Part shown: one piece after another, positions 37,686 through 52,189 of the stretch
How positions within the stretch are numbered: position 1 is the stretch's first letter
Layout of the letters: every line of letters starts with the position of its first letter
DNA from: Octopus vulgaris
Taxonomy: Eukaryota
Direction: 5' to 3'
DNA: 64,000 bases
NCBI GenBank assembly: GCA_951406725.2
Contig: OX597827.1
Coordinates: 39,370,001 to 39,434,000 of the forward strand
Position numbers and translations under genes: made by a program
Notes under the pieces: model-generated
What the model saw: the letters and a program-made list of their open reading frames with translations, nothing else
Database searches by the model: none
What the model was told of the DNA's origin: nothing

Positions 37686-38329
37686 CATATTTATGAATAT
37701 CTACACACAAGAGAATGCACATAGCTAAGTAACAACATATATGTGCATGTGTGTGTTTATATATATATATATACATATACACACACATACATGTATTTTA
37801 TGACAGTACAGTAAACTCAGACGCACACACAGAGACACACAGACACACATGTAAACAGACAAACACACACATTCATCTCTGATATTTGTGCATCTGATAA
37901 ATGATGATGTTAAGACAAGCTTGAACGCCAACTTATTTGAAGCATGTTTTTTTTTTCATGTTCATAAATTTTTCAACATGATGTAGATTGTGATGATGAC
38001 CATGATGATGATGAGAAGACATTTATAGAGCACAGCTAGCAGCTATGCTTCTGTTTGTGAACTAAAGAATGGTCTCAGAGATTTGTACAATTCTAAAAAA
38101 GTATGGAAAGAATTTGTAAGTTCTACAAAATAAAAATCTCAGTCAATAAAGATAGTGGGTTTTTTGCATGCATAGCCATGTGGTTAAGAAATTCGCTTTG
38201 CATCCAGAAAGTTCTGGGTTCAATCCTGTTTGTGTATTTTGGGTAAGCGTCTTCAAATGCAACCCTGAGTTGGCTGATATCTTGCGAGTATAACTTAACA
38301 AATGAAAATTGTGGAGAACCTCTTCTCAT

Positions 38330-38625
38330 CTAGACACCACAAGGTCTAGTCCTTGCTGTGAAACGGTAGCTAATGTGTCTTAATAATTCTGAGAGTTATG
38401 CCAGCAGAGTGGGAGCTACTAGTAGGGCCTTCTATGCTGGACAGGTCAAAGGATGGAGGCTAGACTAATATGAACCACCTGTTTCTAGAGGTAAAAATGG
38501 GTTTGCATAGGGCCAACACACCTATGTAGAAAAAAGCAAAGTAACAAAAGCATTGATGAGAGTTCAAAAAGAAACAAGACTTGGGAGAGGAAGGCCTTCC
38601 CTCAAGGAAACCTATGAGACAGTGC
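38330..38625 (+). mobile_element. RTE-like LINE 5' region remnant
   Basis: ctgagagttatgccagc...gtagggccttctatgctggacaggtcaaagg...ctagactaa resembles the RTE 5'UTR domain as I recall it. Confidence 0.45.
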
Positions 38626-38713
38626 AGCAAAATCTAAAAGGACTGAGGCAGAACTGAAAGAGCAAGGATCTAACTAGAAAGAAGCAAAAACAAGGGCTTA
38701 AGGTAAAATGGTA

Positions 38714-38751
<38 letters not shown>

Positions 38752-38919
38752 ATGCATGCATATGTGTGTGTTTGTGCATGCATGTATTTGTACGTGTGTG
38801 TGTGTGCATGCATATAATCTTCCTTCTGTCTTCAATTCTTGATGGGATTGTAAGGGTATGTTAAGCCTAGCAGAGCCCCATCCCTATTCAGGTTTGATCA
38901 CAGTGAGTTTTTTTTTTTT

Positions 38920-39011
<92 letters not shown>

Positions 39012-39800
39012 AGAATGGAGAAGAACAGATAGCAACATGGGAGGAACTGATCCCAGTATTGCACTGGCATTTTATTTATGAATCTCAAAAAGATGAAAGG
39101 TAAATTTGACTTTTGCAGGGTTTGAACTCAGAGTACAGAAACCAGAACAATATCCATTCAGCAGTCTATCTGCTGCTGCAATAACTTCTGATTCAACACT
39201 TGAATATATGTACATATGTGTCTTTTGGGGAGTACATGCATCTGTGTTTGCTTCTCTTTGTGTTGATATCTGTCCAACCCATGCTAGCATGGAAAACAGA
39301 TGTTAAATGATGATGATGAAGATCTCTTTGTCTAGACATTGATAGTTGTGGACAAGTGTCACTACTGTATAATCTCTGTGCCCTTTGTTTCCAATCTTTC
39401 ATGTAAACATGTCCAGCCACAGCGAAACAGTAATTGCTTGAAAACAGGTAAGAGTTGGTGACAGGAAGAGCTTCCAGCTATAAAAGATCTGCCACAATGA
39501 ATTCTGTATGACATTAAATGATGACAATGATGATATTTATCTTCATCTCATTTATATTTGAGCACTTCTTTTGCAGTACTATTTCCGCTACCAACTAAAC
39601 TTTATTTTCATTGACATATTTGCATTACAAAAATTTTAAATTATAATCTTTTCCATAAGTCAACTATCATAAACATTTTATATGACATCCAATTCTTTAA
39701 ATCTGTAAGTCTAGGTCATTTTGGTGGCAATGTTAGGATATATATATATAGGGAGAGTGAGTGAGAGAGATTGATAGATAGATAGGCAGACAACAACAAC

Positions 39801-39841
<41 letters not shown>

Positions 39842-40581
39842 TTACTAACCTTTGACATTGAGCGCAAGAGTTGTGCAAATATTCATATGCATTCCAATCT
39901 CTGAATGTTTCTGTTGATTATATTCTTTGTAAATAAAATTCATGCTAGAAATAAAAGCAAACAAACAATAGAATACAGATTACTGAGGGAAGTTACTCAG
40001 GGCCACCATCTGTGTGGCAAACAATAGTTAAGTTAGTATTAGCATTTTCTATAATGAACACAAAGAAAGCTATTTAAAGACGTAATTCTCTTATCACTTC
40101 TTGGCTAATGCAGAGAAATCTATGCTTGGCTGAAGAGTTCTAATAAGACTGAAATATGCCTGCAAGTGTCTCCCTTACTTGGTGGAAGAATTAAAATAAC
40201 ATATATTGAGCTCATGCTATCTTTTCCTTTTTGTGGAAGCATTTTTTAATAAACATCTTTTCCTTGCAGCATTAAATGTCTTAATATAGAAAAGTTTTAG
40301 ATGTGAGGTGACTAAATGGAAAAGGTGTTGAACTACCTGTGCTGAGGTCATAAGTTCAAATTCAAAACAGATGTTTTCAATGTATTCTGTATTGCTTCAT
40401 CTGAGTCACCATTCAGATCATCTGGGAATGTAACCTCAGATTGTTTAATGTTTTATCCAGAGAGAGAGAGACTGAACTCTCATTTATTTCATGCCATGAA
40501 ATCTGAGATAAGCACCAGTTCTTAAGAGCCCCCTCAAGTATTAAGAGGCACTTACTTTAATATATACAATTCATATACTAT

Positions 40582-40775
40582 TTTACTTGTTTCAGTCATT
40601 TGACTGTGGCCATGCTGGAGCACCACCTTTAGTCAAGCATATCGACCCCAGGACTTATTCCTTGTAAGCCTAGTACTTATTCTATCGGTCTCTTTTGCCG
40701 AACCACTAAGTTACGGGGACGTAAACACACCAGCATCAGTTGTCAAGCAATGTTGTGGGGACAAACACAGACACA

Positions 40776-40819
<44 letters not shown>

Positions 40820-41199
40820 GATGGAAGCACTCCGTCGGTTACGACGATGAGGGTTCCGGTTGATCCGACCAACGGAACAGCCTGCTCGTGAAATTAACAT
40901 GTAAGTGGCTGAGCACTCCACAGACACGTGTACCCTTAACGTAGTTCTCGGGGATATTCAGCGTGACACAGAGAGTGACAAGGCCGGCCCTTTGAAATAC
41001 AGGTACAACAGAAACAGGAAGAAAGAGTGAGAGAAAGTTGTGGTGAAAGAGTACAGCAGGGATCACCACCATGCCCTGCCAGAGCCTCGTGGAACTTTAG
41101 GTGTTTTCGCTCAATAAACACTCACAACGCCCGGTCTGGGAATCGAAACCGCGATCCTACCACCGCGAGTCCGCTGCCCTAACCACTGGGCCATTGTGC

Positions 41200-41243
<44 letters not shown>

Positions 41244-41405
41244 GAGGGGCTTCTTTCAGTTTCCATCTACCAAATCCACTCACAATGTTTTGGTCAGCCT
41301 GATGCTATAGTAGAAGACACTTGCCCAAGGTGTCACACAGTGGAACTGAACCCGGAACCATGTGGTTGGTAAGCAAGCTACTTACCACACAGCCACTCCT
41401 ACGCC
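40582..41405 (-). mobile_element. SINE family B with SINE family C (40822-41203, -) nested in its internal (TA)n
   Basis: B tail at 40582-40778, TA run, complete C element, TA run, B head at 41242-41405. Confidence 0.9.
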
Positions 41406-41459
41406 TATATATATTTAACATACATATTTACTTGAATATATCTTTTACATGAATATATC

Positions 41460-41830
41460 ATTTATTTGTTTCAGTCATGTGACTGCGGCCATGCTGGAGT
41501 ACAACCTTGAAGAGATTTTAGTCGAATGCATCAACCCCGGCACTTATTTTATTTTTAGCCTGGTACTTACTCTATTGGTCTCTCTTGTTGAAATGCTAAA
41601 TTACAGGGATGTAAACACACCAACACCAGTTGTCAAGTGGTGGTGGGGGACAAAAAAGGGACAAAGACACACACACGAACATATACACATATATACATAC
41701 ATATATGACAGGCTCCTTTCAGTTTCCACTCACAAGGCTTTGTTCAGCCCATGGCTATAGTAGAATACACTTGCTCAAGATGCCACATGGTGGGAATGAA
41801 CCTTGAACCATGTGGTTTGGGAAGCCATGC
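41460..41830 (-). mobile_element. SINE family B, diverged
   Basis: Same blocks as the other B copies. Confidence 0.8.
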
Positions 41831-42048
41831 ATATCTAATATATACATACTCACTTTAGTATATACAATTTTACTTACTTTAATATATTCTATTGTTTTCT
41901 TAACCTTAAAGACATCATTTTATATTTTCTTTGTGAAATATGAAATTTAAAGATTCCCAAACCTATTGGTGTTCTGAACAGTAATGACAATATATACATA
42001 TATAAATGCATGCATACGTGTGTGTATGTCTGTGTGTGAGTATAAAAA

Positions 42049-42111
<63 letters not shown>

Positions 42112-42602
42112 AATACATTATATATATATATGTATATATATATATGTGTATATATATATTTATATATTATTATTATTATCATTAGGGAATATTACTTCTG
42201 AGTACACAGGAAAAAGACATTCAAATTAGATATACTAAAATGAACATCTCTCAATGTTTAATGCATATATATAAAAGTAGTTTTAGAGACAGAACCACCT
42301 TCAACTCAATCAACACTGAAAGATTTTATACCCAACCACTCCATAAAATGTTAAATATTAAATCTTATATTAACTTTATCTATTCTGAATCCCGTATTTA
42401 CCATTTATAAGACTACATGTGTTTCATGAAAGTACATCGGTATTGATTAGATATGAGGTATCTAGTTTCAACACTTAATCAGGTCAACATACTCCCAATT
42501 TATACATATGTATATGTATATATATATATGTATATATATATACGTTATATATATATACATATATTAGTTTGTTAGTTCTCTCTGTTCCATGTGGCACATA
42601 AG

Positions 42603-42694
<92 letters not shown>

Positions 42695-42696
42695 TA

Positions 42697-42883
42697 AGAA
42701 GAGTTTATGAAAAAAACAAAAGATGAAGACAGGTGGTGTACAAAACAAACAGATGTATCAGTATAACGCTCAGGAATAGAAAAAAGTCTTTTACGTTTCG
42801 AGCCTATGCTCTTCTACAGAAAGGGACACAGAAAAAACAAGGAGAGAAAAAAATGTGTGTAATGGCTAACGATCTATCATGGC

Positions 42884-42887
<4 letters not shown>
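42697..42887 (-). mobile_element. Penelope-like terminal fragment in (TA)n with variant hammerhead motif (42788-42823)
   Basis: Reverse strand reads cttt-CTGTAGA-a-gagc-atag-gctc-GAAA-cg-TA-aaag. Second copy at 19770-19927. Confidence 0.55.
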
Positions 42888-42935
<48 letters not shown>

Positions 42936-43217
42936 GGAAAGAAGACAGGACCCTCATATCATCAAAGGAATGGTCATGGCCATCCTTGATAAGGAGTAGG
43001 GACCAACTCCATTTGCTGTACCCAGTATAAACTATGGACACCCAAAAGATGTAGTGGAATCACAGTCAGACTAACAGATACAACAAACTTCATATTTGGT
43101 AAACACACTGGAGCAATATATACTAAAAGCACAGGGAAAACAGACTTTTTTAAATGCCCAGATATCTCACTAGAAGTAGTCAACTTATCTACGTAATATA
43201 ATTAACAGAGGAGTTGG

Positions 43218-43557
43218 AAAGCACATAGCTTAGTGCTTAGAGCATTGGGCTCACAATAACGAGGTAGTAAGTTTGATTCCCAGACCAAGCTGTTTGTTGC
43301 GTTCTTGAGCAAGACACTTTACTTCACATTGCTTCAGTTCATACAGCTGCAGAAATGGGTTGCAATGTCACTGGTGCAATGTCACTGTATCGCCTTTGCC
43401 TTTCCCTTGGATAACATCAGTGACATGAAGAAGGGAGACTGGTATGCATGGGAGATTGCCAGTCTTCCATAAATAACCTTGCCCAGACTTGTGCCTCAAA
43501 GGGTAACTTTCTAGGTGCAATCCCATGGCCATTCATGACCAAAGGAGGTCTTTACTC
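43218..43557 (+). mobile_element. SINE family D (tRNA head and core gttcttgagcaagacactttacttcacattgc)
   Basis: Second copy at 53732-54345; the same core with other tails at 44745-45015(-) and 58785-59030(-). Confidence 0.8.
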
Positions 43558-43959
43558 TGGTTATCCAGGGTAAAAATGTGTAGGGGAAAATTCAGTGAGA
43601 TATTACTTTCACTAGCAATGAAGATCTTTTTCTTCAAAGTGAAAGATAGGTTGTATGATGTTTGTGTTATGAAATATTGTGCTGCATGGTAGTGAAATGT
43701 AGGCCTTAAATACAGAAGAATTGCAAATGTTAGAGAGAAAGAAAGCAAGAATGCTCCAGCTGCTGCTTAATGTTTGTGTGCCGGAATGCCAGAGTACAAA
43801 GAATCATATATTCAAGCGATGACAAAAGATCAAGGATCAAAATGCAACAACCAGATTGATGATGGGCTTTTCTGGAAGTATTAGTCTGCTTTAGACTAGC
43901 ATCCTATGCAGGGGTGATTTTTCTCTCATCCCTCAAGGTAGATGATTACAACAATATAG

Positions 43960-44233
43960 ATGATTATGATGATGATGATGAAGAAGTGGATGATGATGAT
44001 GATGATGATGATGAAGAAGAGGATGATGGTGATGATGATGATGATGGTGGTAACAATGAAAATGATGAAGAAAAATCTAGATGTCGATGATGATGATGAT
44101 GACAATGATGATGATGATGATGATGATGACAATGATGATGATGATGATGAAGAAGAGGATGATGGTGATGATGATAATGAGGATGATGATGATGATGGTA
44201 ACAATGAAAATGATGAAGAAAAATGTAGATGTC

Positions 44234-44277
<44 letters not shown>

Positions 44278-44320
44278 CAATGATGACAAAAGCCGCCACC
44301 ACCACCACCACCATCACCTT
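43960..44320. repeat. (GAT)n microsatellite with a higher-order duplication
   Basis: The block ggtaacaatgaaaatgatgaagaaaaatNtagatgtcgatg occurs twice, about 148 bp apart. Confidence 0.9.
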
Positions 44321-45148
44321 CAATGGAGTCAATAATATTTTATAGATTCTTCATGAAGTTCTGAAACTGGAACTTTCAATTTGGTGTCAAATGTAACCCC
44401 ACCCTTTATATATCTAAACCACACCCTACTTTGTTGACACTTAAAAAGACTGAATCACATTTTATTTTATTTCTTTTCCATCTACTTCATCCTCTAACTT
44501 ACTTCTAACCCTATCCCAGCATCTCTCTCTCTCTCTCTAGTTATAATCAGTGTTTCTTTTCTTCTATATCTATCTCCTAGCCTTTCTCAAGAGTAACACC
44601 CACTCAATTCACTACTTCAAACAAAAACAAACTGGTCTGTTCAGTGTCCTCTAAGTGTATGTAGTGTTAGACATATAAGAGAATGTTTATGCATGTATGT
44701 GTGTATAGTTTGTGTGTATATATATATAAATGTGTGTGTGTGTATAGTTAGGCCATTAGATACTGTTATGTACCACTGGTCACAATGCGCTTCCTTGCAT
44801 TGTCACAGCTTTCAAATGATGCTACATTACTGGTTAGATGGAATGCTAATCTGTCACAGATTATCCACTTATAGATGCATGGGATGAAGCATTTTGAGCA
44901 ACGTGAGCAACATGAGAGGAAGCATCTTGCTCAAGAACACAATGCACAACTGGTCTGGGAATTGAAACCATAATCTTGCAAGTGCAATGCCCTAACTACT
45001 AGGCCAAGCACCTTCACATATACATATATAAAAACACACACACATATACATATAAAAAAACACACACACAGGCATATGCATATATAAAAACACACACACA
45101 CATACATATATAAAACATACACTCACACAACCACAGTATTTGTATATC

Positions 45149-45206
<58 letters not shown>

Positions 45207-45595
45207 CAGATAGATAGATAGACAGATAGATAGATGGATAGATAGATGGATAGACTGACAGACAGACAGACAGCCAGACAGATAGGTTGATAGCTGATGA
45301 GTTTCTTCCAGTTTCTGCTTACCAAATCCTCTCACAAGGCTTTGGTTGACCTGGAGCTAAAATAGAATAGTAGAAGACACTTGCCCAAGGTGCTATGCAG
45401 TGGGATTGAACCTGAAACCATATGGTTGGGTAGTGAACTTCTTGCTTTTCTATCTTCTGAGATCAATAATATATATATATTTGTGTGTGTGTGTGTATGA
45501 ATATACTGATATATATGTATACAAAAATGTGTGTGTGAGTGTGTATGCATTAAGTCTCCTGTAATGTAAGAAAGCTTTTAATACACACACACACA

Positions 45596-45679
<84 letters not shown>

Positions 45680-46779
45680 TACACACATATAAGTGCAGCA
45701 ATAGCTAATGTGTCAAATACTGCTGGCAAATATACATATTTATAAAATATTGATGTGTTTTACATATTGCAAAGTTTCTTTACACACACACGCAAACACA
45801 AACACTCATTCTTCTTACTGGTTTCAGCCATTGACCTATGGCCATGCTGGGGCACTTCTGACAAAAAGTTTGATCGATTATATCAAGTCCAGTATATTCT
45901 TTGCTACATATTTTATTGATCTTGGAAGATGAAAATGAAAAGTGAACCTAGACAAGATTTGAACTCGGAATGCAAAGGGACATAACTGTATACCTCAGAA
46001 TATTTGTTTGATGTCCCACTGATTCTGCTAGCCATCTTTTGATATAGACACAAAGATATATACATATGAATATACACACAAACATACATGCATGCATATA
46101 TAATACACACACACACCACACACACAAGCACTTACATACACATACATATACAATGATCTACCTAATATCTAAATATATACTTAAATATCTGAACATACTT
46201 AAATGTTCTAACATGAGCAGAAATTCTGTAAACATTCAAAGACAAGAGAGTCATTTTATTCCAAGACCCAGCCCTGCACCTCCACTCTCTTGTTTCCTCT
46301 ATTGTTTATTATTCTGGGTGGATATCGGATGTAAATCTTAAACTAGGCGGAGGAGTAATAGCAGACACAGTAGAAGTCAAACAGATGTTTGGGAGGGGTG
46401 TTATAATCTATCCAGATTGTATACCCCAAGATAGGGGATTGGCTGTCATATGTACTTTGGTGTTACATTGTTACTCTATCCCTGTACCCATACATTTTTA
46501 TTTTATTTCTCTCCTGCTTAGTCCATTACCTTTTCCCTCTCTCTATAGTCTTACAGTGTTGAGTTTGGATAGCAGCATAGCCATGTAGTTTTCTTGACAA
46601 TCAACTGGTTCTGAGGTGAACCCTAATGGGTGGCACATTAGGCAAGTGTCTTTGACAGAGGTCTCTTGTGCAAAAGGCTTTTGGATGTACTTGTGTATAT
46701 GCGTATGTGTGTTGTTGTAGTTGTTGTTAGTTATTACTCTCATGCTGCCATTCTGCAGATTGTCACTAATTTATTATTG

Positions 46780-48409
46780 TCAGATCAAATTTTCACTCTG
46801 CTTGCAACTGCAAGAAGACATTACCTAGTAGAAACTCTAATGAAGTGCAACTGTTTATAAACAGGCATTCTAGCCTTCCAAAAATACAACACCTAGTCAC
46901 CAATTTAGGTAAGTGAATTGGTATAATAGCTATAGTTGAAATATTTGATCAAGTTGTGCTGATCTATAATGAAATTCTGAAAAAAACATAACAAAAATAA
47001 CCACTTTAAGAAACAGAGTTTATGAACAGTGTTAAGCGAATGGATCAAAATCCAACAGCACCAGACAAGGAAGCCCACCTGATTCATTCAGCCCACATTT
47101 TAGGCTAAATATAACAGCAAATGTAGCAAAAGTTTTTGTAATAGGTGCAGGAGTGGCTGTGTGGCAAGTAGCTTGCTTACCAGCCACATGGTTCTGGGTT
47201 CATTCCCACTGCATGGCACTTGGGCAAGTATCTTCTACTATAGCCTTGGGCCGACCAAAGTCTTGTGAGTGGATTTGGTAGATGGAAACTGAAAGAAGCC
47301 CATCGTATATATGTATGTATATATATATGTATGTGTGTATATATGTTTGTATGTCTGTGTTTGTCCCCTCAACATCGCTTGACAACTGATGCTGGTGTGT
47401 TTACGTCCCCATAACTTAGCAGTTCAGCAAAAGAGACCGATAGAATAAGTACTAGGCTTACAAAGAATAAGTCCTGGGGTCAATTTGCTCGACTAAAGGC
47501 GGTAATCCAGCATGGCCACAGTCAAATGACTGAAACAAGTAAAAGAGTAAAAAGAGTAAAGAGCAAAAGAGAATAATGTTAATCATTAAGCATTTCCCAA
47601 CAACTCTAGGTACCATAAGCCCTTTAACAAGAATAATACTAAAGTTAGCTAGTGATGAACATGGGACCAAAAACTTATAATACAGAAAACAAATAACTTG
47701 AGCTATTCCAAACTGTCAGCAGTAAAAAATAGATATAGCTGTAACAGATTAAACACAAGATCATTAAATGATAATTGCTTTTAAAAAAATAGTTAATAAG
47801 ATAATGGTGGTACAAGAAGAATGCACTGATAAAAACTATATTTTCGCAAAAAGTGGAATATTTAAAGCTAGGTATAGAGAGTATATGTAGTCTTTCTACA
47901 GTATACAAAGAAGGAATGCAATGTTTTTTTTGCAACATATCTGGAGCCTGAATAGCAAAGTTTAATTATAAATATAATCTAAGCTTCTCGTATACAGATA
48001 GCACCACTTCTATGCAAAATAAGTCTGGGGTATGTCCATTCTGCATCAACAGAAAATAGAAAATCATTACATAACAAGAATACCAACTCAATACGAGAAA
48101 CGAGATTGTGTCCTGGTGTAAACATTAAAATAGATTTATGTTGAAAAATTGATCTTAGTTACAAGCAGGGTAAATATCTGATGATGATGATTTAATACTG
48201 GCTGTGTGCCAGGGTTGGTGTGTGCGTGTGCATAAGCAACAACAACAAATGCGCATAATCAGAGGGATAGTAGTGAACTACTGTTTTAATCATGCTAAAA
48301 GATAGTAGCCAAAATGGATTGACCAATGGTGATGACTGGTACACAGTCTAATGTAAATGAAATTTGTGCATGAAACTCATTTACCGACTAAATACTCTTT
48401 CCAAATATT

Positions 48410-48410
<1 letters not shown>
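46780..48410 (+). mobile_element. decayed Penelope-like element (RT thumb, linker and GIY-YIG C-terminus; Naiad-like motifs), interrupted by SINE B
   Basis: Fragmentary translations NEVQLFINRHSSLPK, EIFDQVVLIYNEILKK, SPHFRLNITANVAKVF, IIKHFP..RYHKPFNKNNTKVS, HIWSLN and GVCPFCINRK*KII...LNTRNEIVSWCKH*NRFML occur in the expected order. Degenerate TGATGA...GAAAC motif at ~48327-48386. Confidence 0.7.
47143..47562 (+). mobile_element. SINE family B, full length
   Basis: Complete, with (AAGAGTA)n tail. Confidence 0.9.
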
Positions 48411-48467
<57 letters not shown>

Positions 48468-48470
<3 letters not shown>

Positions 48471-49362
48471 GATGTTCCAGAAGACTTGGGCACATTATAA
48501 GTCCTCATATCTGCTAGACTATAATTGGTAGTAAGATGAAACTGGTACCATTTTAAAGCTAAATTCATTAACGTTTTGTGTAATGCTAATGATTTTTTCA
48601 TATTTTTCCAAATCCAGTAATGGCGTTCATTCAACCAGAAAAGGCGTTTTGCATCCTTGAATTTGCAAAAACTGAATCATGGACACTTGTTCAACGTGCA
48701 TTTTGCACAAAATTCCGAAAAGAGGCACCAGAAAGGAAGTTCATATTGAGATGGCATGGTAAATTCATGAAGGATAGGTGTTTTTACCCAGCTAACAGAA
48801 CGGTACGCCCCTCAACTTCAGATGATATGGTTGAGCGAGTTCGAACTGCCTTCGAGTGGAGATCCCGTAAATCAATCAGAAGAGCCAGTAGGGACTTCAT
48901 TTTCCAACAGGATGGGGCACCACTGCACTGGAGCCTCAGGGTTAGACAGTATCTGAACACAACACTGCTAGACAGATGGATTGGACGTTCTGGGCGAGAT
49001 GATCACGTTCTCATGCCCTGGCCTTCCAGGTCTCCAGATATCTCACACCCTGCGATTTCTTTTTGTGGGCATTTGTGAAAGGACTGGTCTATGTGTCTCC
49101 CCTTCCAAAAGACGTGGATGAACTGAAGGCCTGAATAACGAAAGCTGTTGCAACCATTGACAACGCAATGCTGGAACGCGTTTGGCAAGAATTGGACTAT
49201 CAGCTTGATGTGTGCCATGTGGCCAACGGTGCTCACATTGAATATTCCATAAAAAAAAAACTTGAAATTGCAGGCTTTCAGAATATATCAGATGCGTTTT
49301 TATGTCCTTAATTGTTTTCGAGATATTCAATGACAAAATGTGCCCAAGACTTCTGGAACACC

Positions 49363-49365
<3 letters not shown>
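48468..49365 (+). mobile_element. Tc1/mariner DNA transposon, rosa-like, internally deleted and non-autonomous
   Basis: 29-bp TIRs with two mismatches (caggatgttccagaagacttgggcacatt) in (TA)n. ORF 48620-49078 fuses the N-terminal HTH to FQQDGAPLHW...RWIGR...WPSRSPD, with a frameshift before LTPCDF. Confidence 0.92.
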
Positions 49366-49400
<35 letters not shown>

Positions 49401-49514
49401 TAAGCAATTAAGGGTTTAGCAACGAATTGCCTCACCACACACCGAATTTATATATATATATATATGTAATTATATATGTGTATATATATGTATGTATGTT
49501 TGTATGTATGTATA

Positions 49515-49566
<52 letters not shown>

Positions 49567-49568
<2 letters not shown>

Positions 49569-50010
49569 TAGGAGTGGCCGTGTGGTAAGTAGCTTGCTTA
49601 CGAACCACATGGTTCTGGGTTCAGTCCCACTGCATGGCACCTTAGGCAAGTGTCTTCCACTATAGCCTCGGGCCGACCAAAGCCTTGTGAGTAGATTTGG
49701 TAGATGGAAACTGAAAGAAGCCCGTCGTATATATGTATGGCGGTGCCCCAGCATGGCCACGGCTCATGGGCTGAAACTGGAATCAATCAATCAATCAATA
49801 TATATGTGTATATTTGTGTGTTGTGTTTGTCTTCCCCAACATCGCTTGACAACCGATGCTGGTGTGTTTACATCCCCGTAACTTAGTGGTTCAGCAAAAG
49901 AGACCGATAGAATAAGTACTAGGCTCACAAAGAATAAGTCCTGGGGTTGATTTCCTCAGCTAAAGGCGGTGCTCCAGCATGGCCACAGTCAAATGACTGA
50001 AACAAGTAAA
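49567..50010 (+). mobile_element. SINE family B with an extra alternative-tail segment in the central microsatellite
   Basis: ggcggtgccccagcatggccacggctcatgggctgaaactgg(aatc)n at ~49739-49798. Confidence 0.85.
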
Positions 50011-50469
50011 TGAGAATGAGAATGAGATATGCATATATGTATGTGTGTGTGTTCCTCTTGAATTCTTTGTAAACTCTTAAATATATCTCCTTCTGTGTAT
50101 ATATATAAACTACCAAACAAACATGATTTTTATTGAACTCCTAATATTTTTGTTGAATATTTTCCGAAATACTATCTTGTAAACTGTTTTTAACATTTCT
50201 TATTATTATCAAAGAATGTATATATGTATTTTAATACTTTTGTGACAACCAGTACTTAACATAACAAAGCTTATACAAAGCTTTACATTTTACTTTTGAC
50301 AATCTTTTTCTAAAAAGAGTGAAACCGGTCAACTGAATAAACATCTTTAAAATTGCATTTTCAAACCTTCATTCATATATATCTCCACTCATGCGGTACC
50401 TTACAACTTCACTTTGTTATATATGTATATATATATATACATGTCTGTATATTCATATATGTGTGTAGT

Positions 50470-50737
50470 ATGGATCAGAAAGACACCAACTGCTCTGCCT
50501 GCAACAATAAGGCTGAGCTTGTGCCTAAGGAGTTCAAAGATATTCCCAGAGACACAATGAGAAATGCATGCACCAGGTTCCAGAGCTATCTTGAGGCCAT
50601 GGTGGAAGCTGAGGATGGTTATTTTGACTAAACTGTTATCTTCTAGCCATAATTTAGTAGTTATTTTTTGATTTTTAAAAAATACTTTTTTTGTTTCTCC
50701 TTTTATGCAAACTCTCAGATTTAATCTGCACACCCTG
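50470..50737 (+). mobile_element. maT-like transposon 3' fragment with right TIR
   Basis: KDIPRDTMRNACTRFQSYLEAMVEAEDGYFD*, ending ...gcacaccctg|ta. Confidence 0.75.
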
Positions 50738-51754
50738 TACATATAATATATATGTATATATGTGTGTATGCAGGCATACATATTTTATTTCTGTATTTAT
50801 ATATACATATATATGTATGTATATATAATTTTATGCACAATGCACTGTAAATCAGGGAAACTTATATAATTTGGATATTTCAAAATCTAGTTGTGGGCAA
50901 AATAAAAATGTAAACAAATTCCTTCTAAAGATTTGGTGTCTGGTAAAAACAGTGGTCAGACACATGATGGATCATTTCATGGTTTGTTACCCAGCTTCCA
51001 TCCCCAATCAAACTGCTATAAACTACTATATAAAGCAGTCATAAATTAAGTTAGCACTGTAGTGGATAGCTTAATTTACATATTTGTGCTTTTCAGGGAT
51101 TGGCATTAATAATTCTTTTCTACTCAAGGCACAAGGCCTGAAATTTTTGGAGAGGGGGCCAGTTGATAAGATCAACCCCAGTGTGCAACTGGTACTTAAT
51201 TTATCGACCCTAAAAGAATGAAAAGCAAAGTTGATATTGGCAGAATTTGTACTCAAAATATAAAGACAGACAAAATACAGCTAAGCATTTCGTCTGGTGT
51301 GCTAACGTTACTTATTTCTTTATTGCCCACAAGGGGCTAAACATAGAGGGGACAAACAAGGACAGACAAAGGGATTAAGTCGATTACATCGTAACTGGTA
51401 CTTAATTTATCGACCCCGAAAGGATGAAAGGCAAAGTTGACCTCGACAGAATTTGAACTCAGATGAATTACCGCTAAGCATTTTGCCCGGCGTGCTAACG
51501 TTTCTGCCCGATTGCCACCTTCCATTAATTAAATATTATAACAAAAAATCTATAACGAAAAAAAATGAATGAGGAAGGACTATGTAGTGTCTCAAGCAAT
51601 CAAAATTAGAAGCAAGTCTCCTCTCACATCAGAGTTTACTATTTCGAACAGATTGTGAATAATAACGTGATAACGTAACTTGAATATATGGTATGTCTAT
51701 AATAAAGGGATATTTATTGGATGGATGGAAAGATTTAATCATGCAGGTCATTAG

Positions 51755-52154
51755 AGGGAGGGGAAGAGGGAAGGGAGAAGAAGAAGAAGGAGAAGAAGAA
51801 GAAGAAGAAGAAGAAGAAGAAGAAGAAGAAGAAGAAGAAGAAGAAGGGGAAGAGGAGACAGAGAAGAAAAAGGAGACGAAAATGGAAAAGATTAAAGAAG
51901 AAGAAGAAGAAGAAGAAGAAGAAGAAGAAGAAGAAGAAGGAGAAGAAGAAGACGAAGGAGAAGAAGAAGACGAAGGAGAAGAAGAAGACGAAGGAGAAGA
52001 AGAAGATGAAGGAGAAGAAGAAGACGAAGAAGATGAAGAAGAAGGAGGAGGAGAAGAAGAAGAAGAAGAAGAAGAAGAAGAAGAAGAAGAAGAAGAAGAA
52101 GAAGGGGAAGAGGAGACAGAGAAGAAAAAGGAGACGAAAATGGAAAAGATTAAA

Positions 52155-52189
<35 letters not shown>

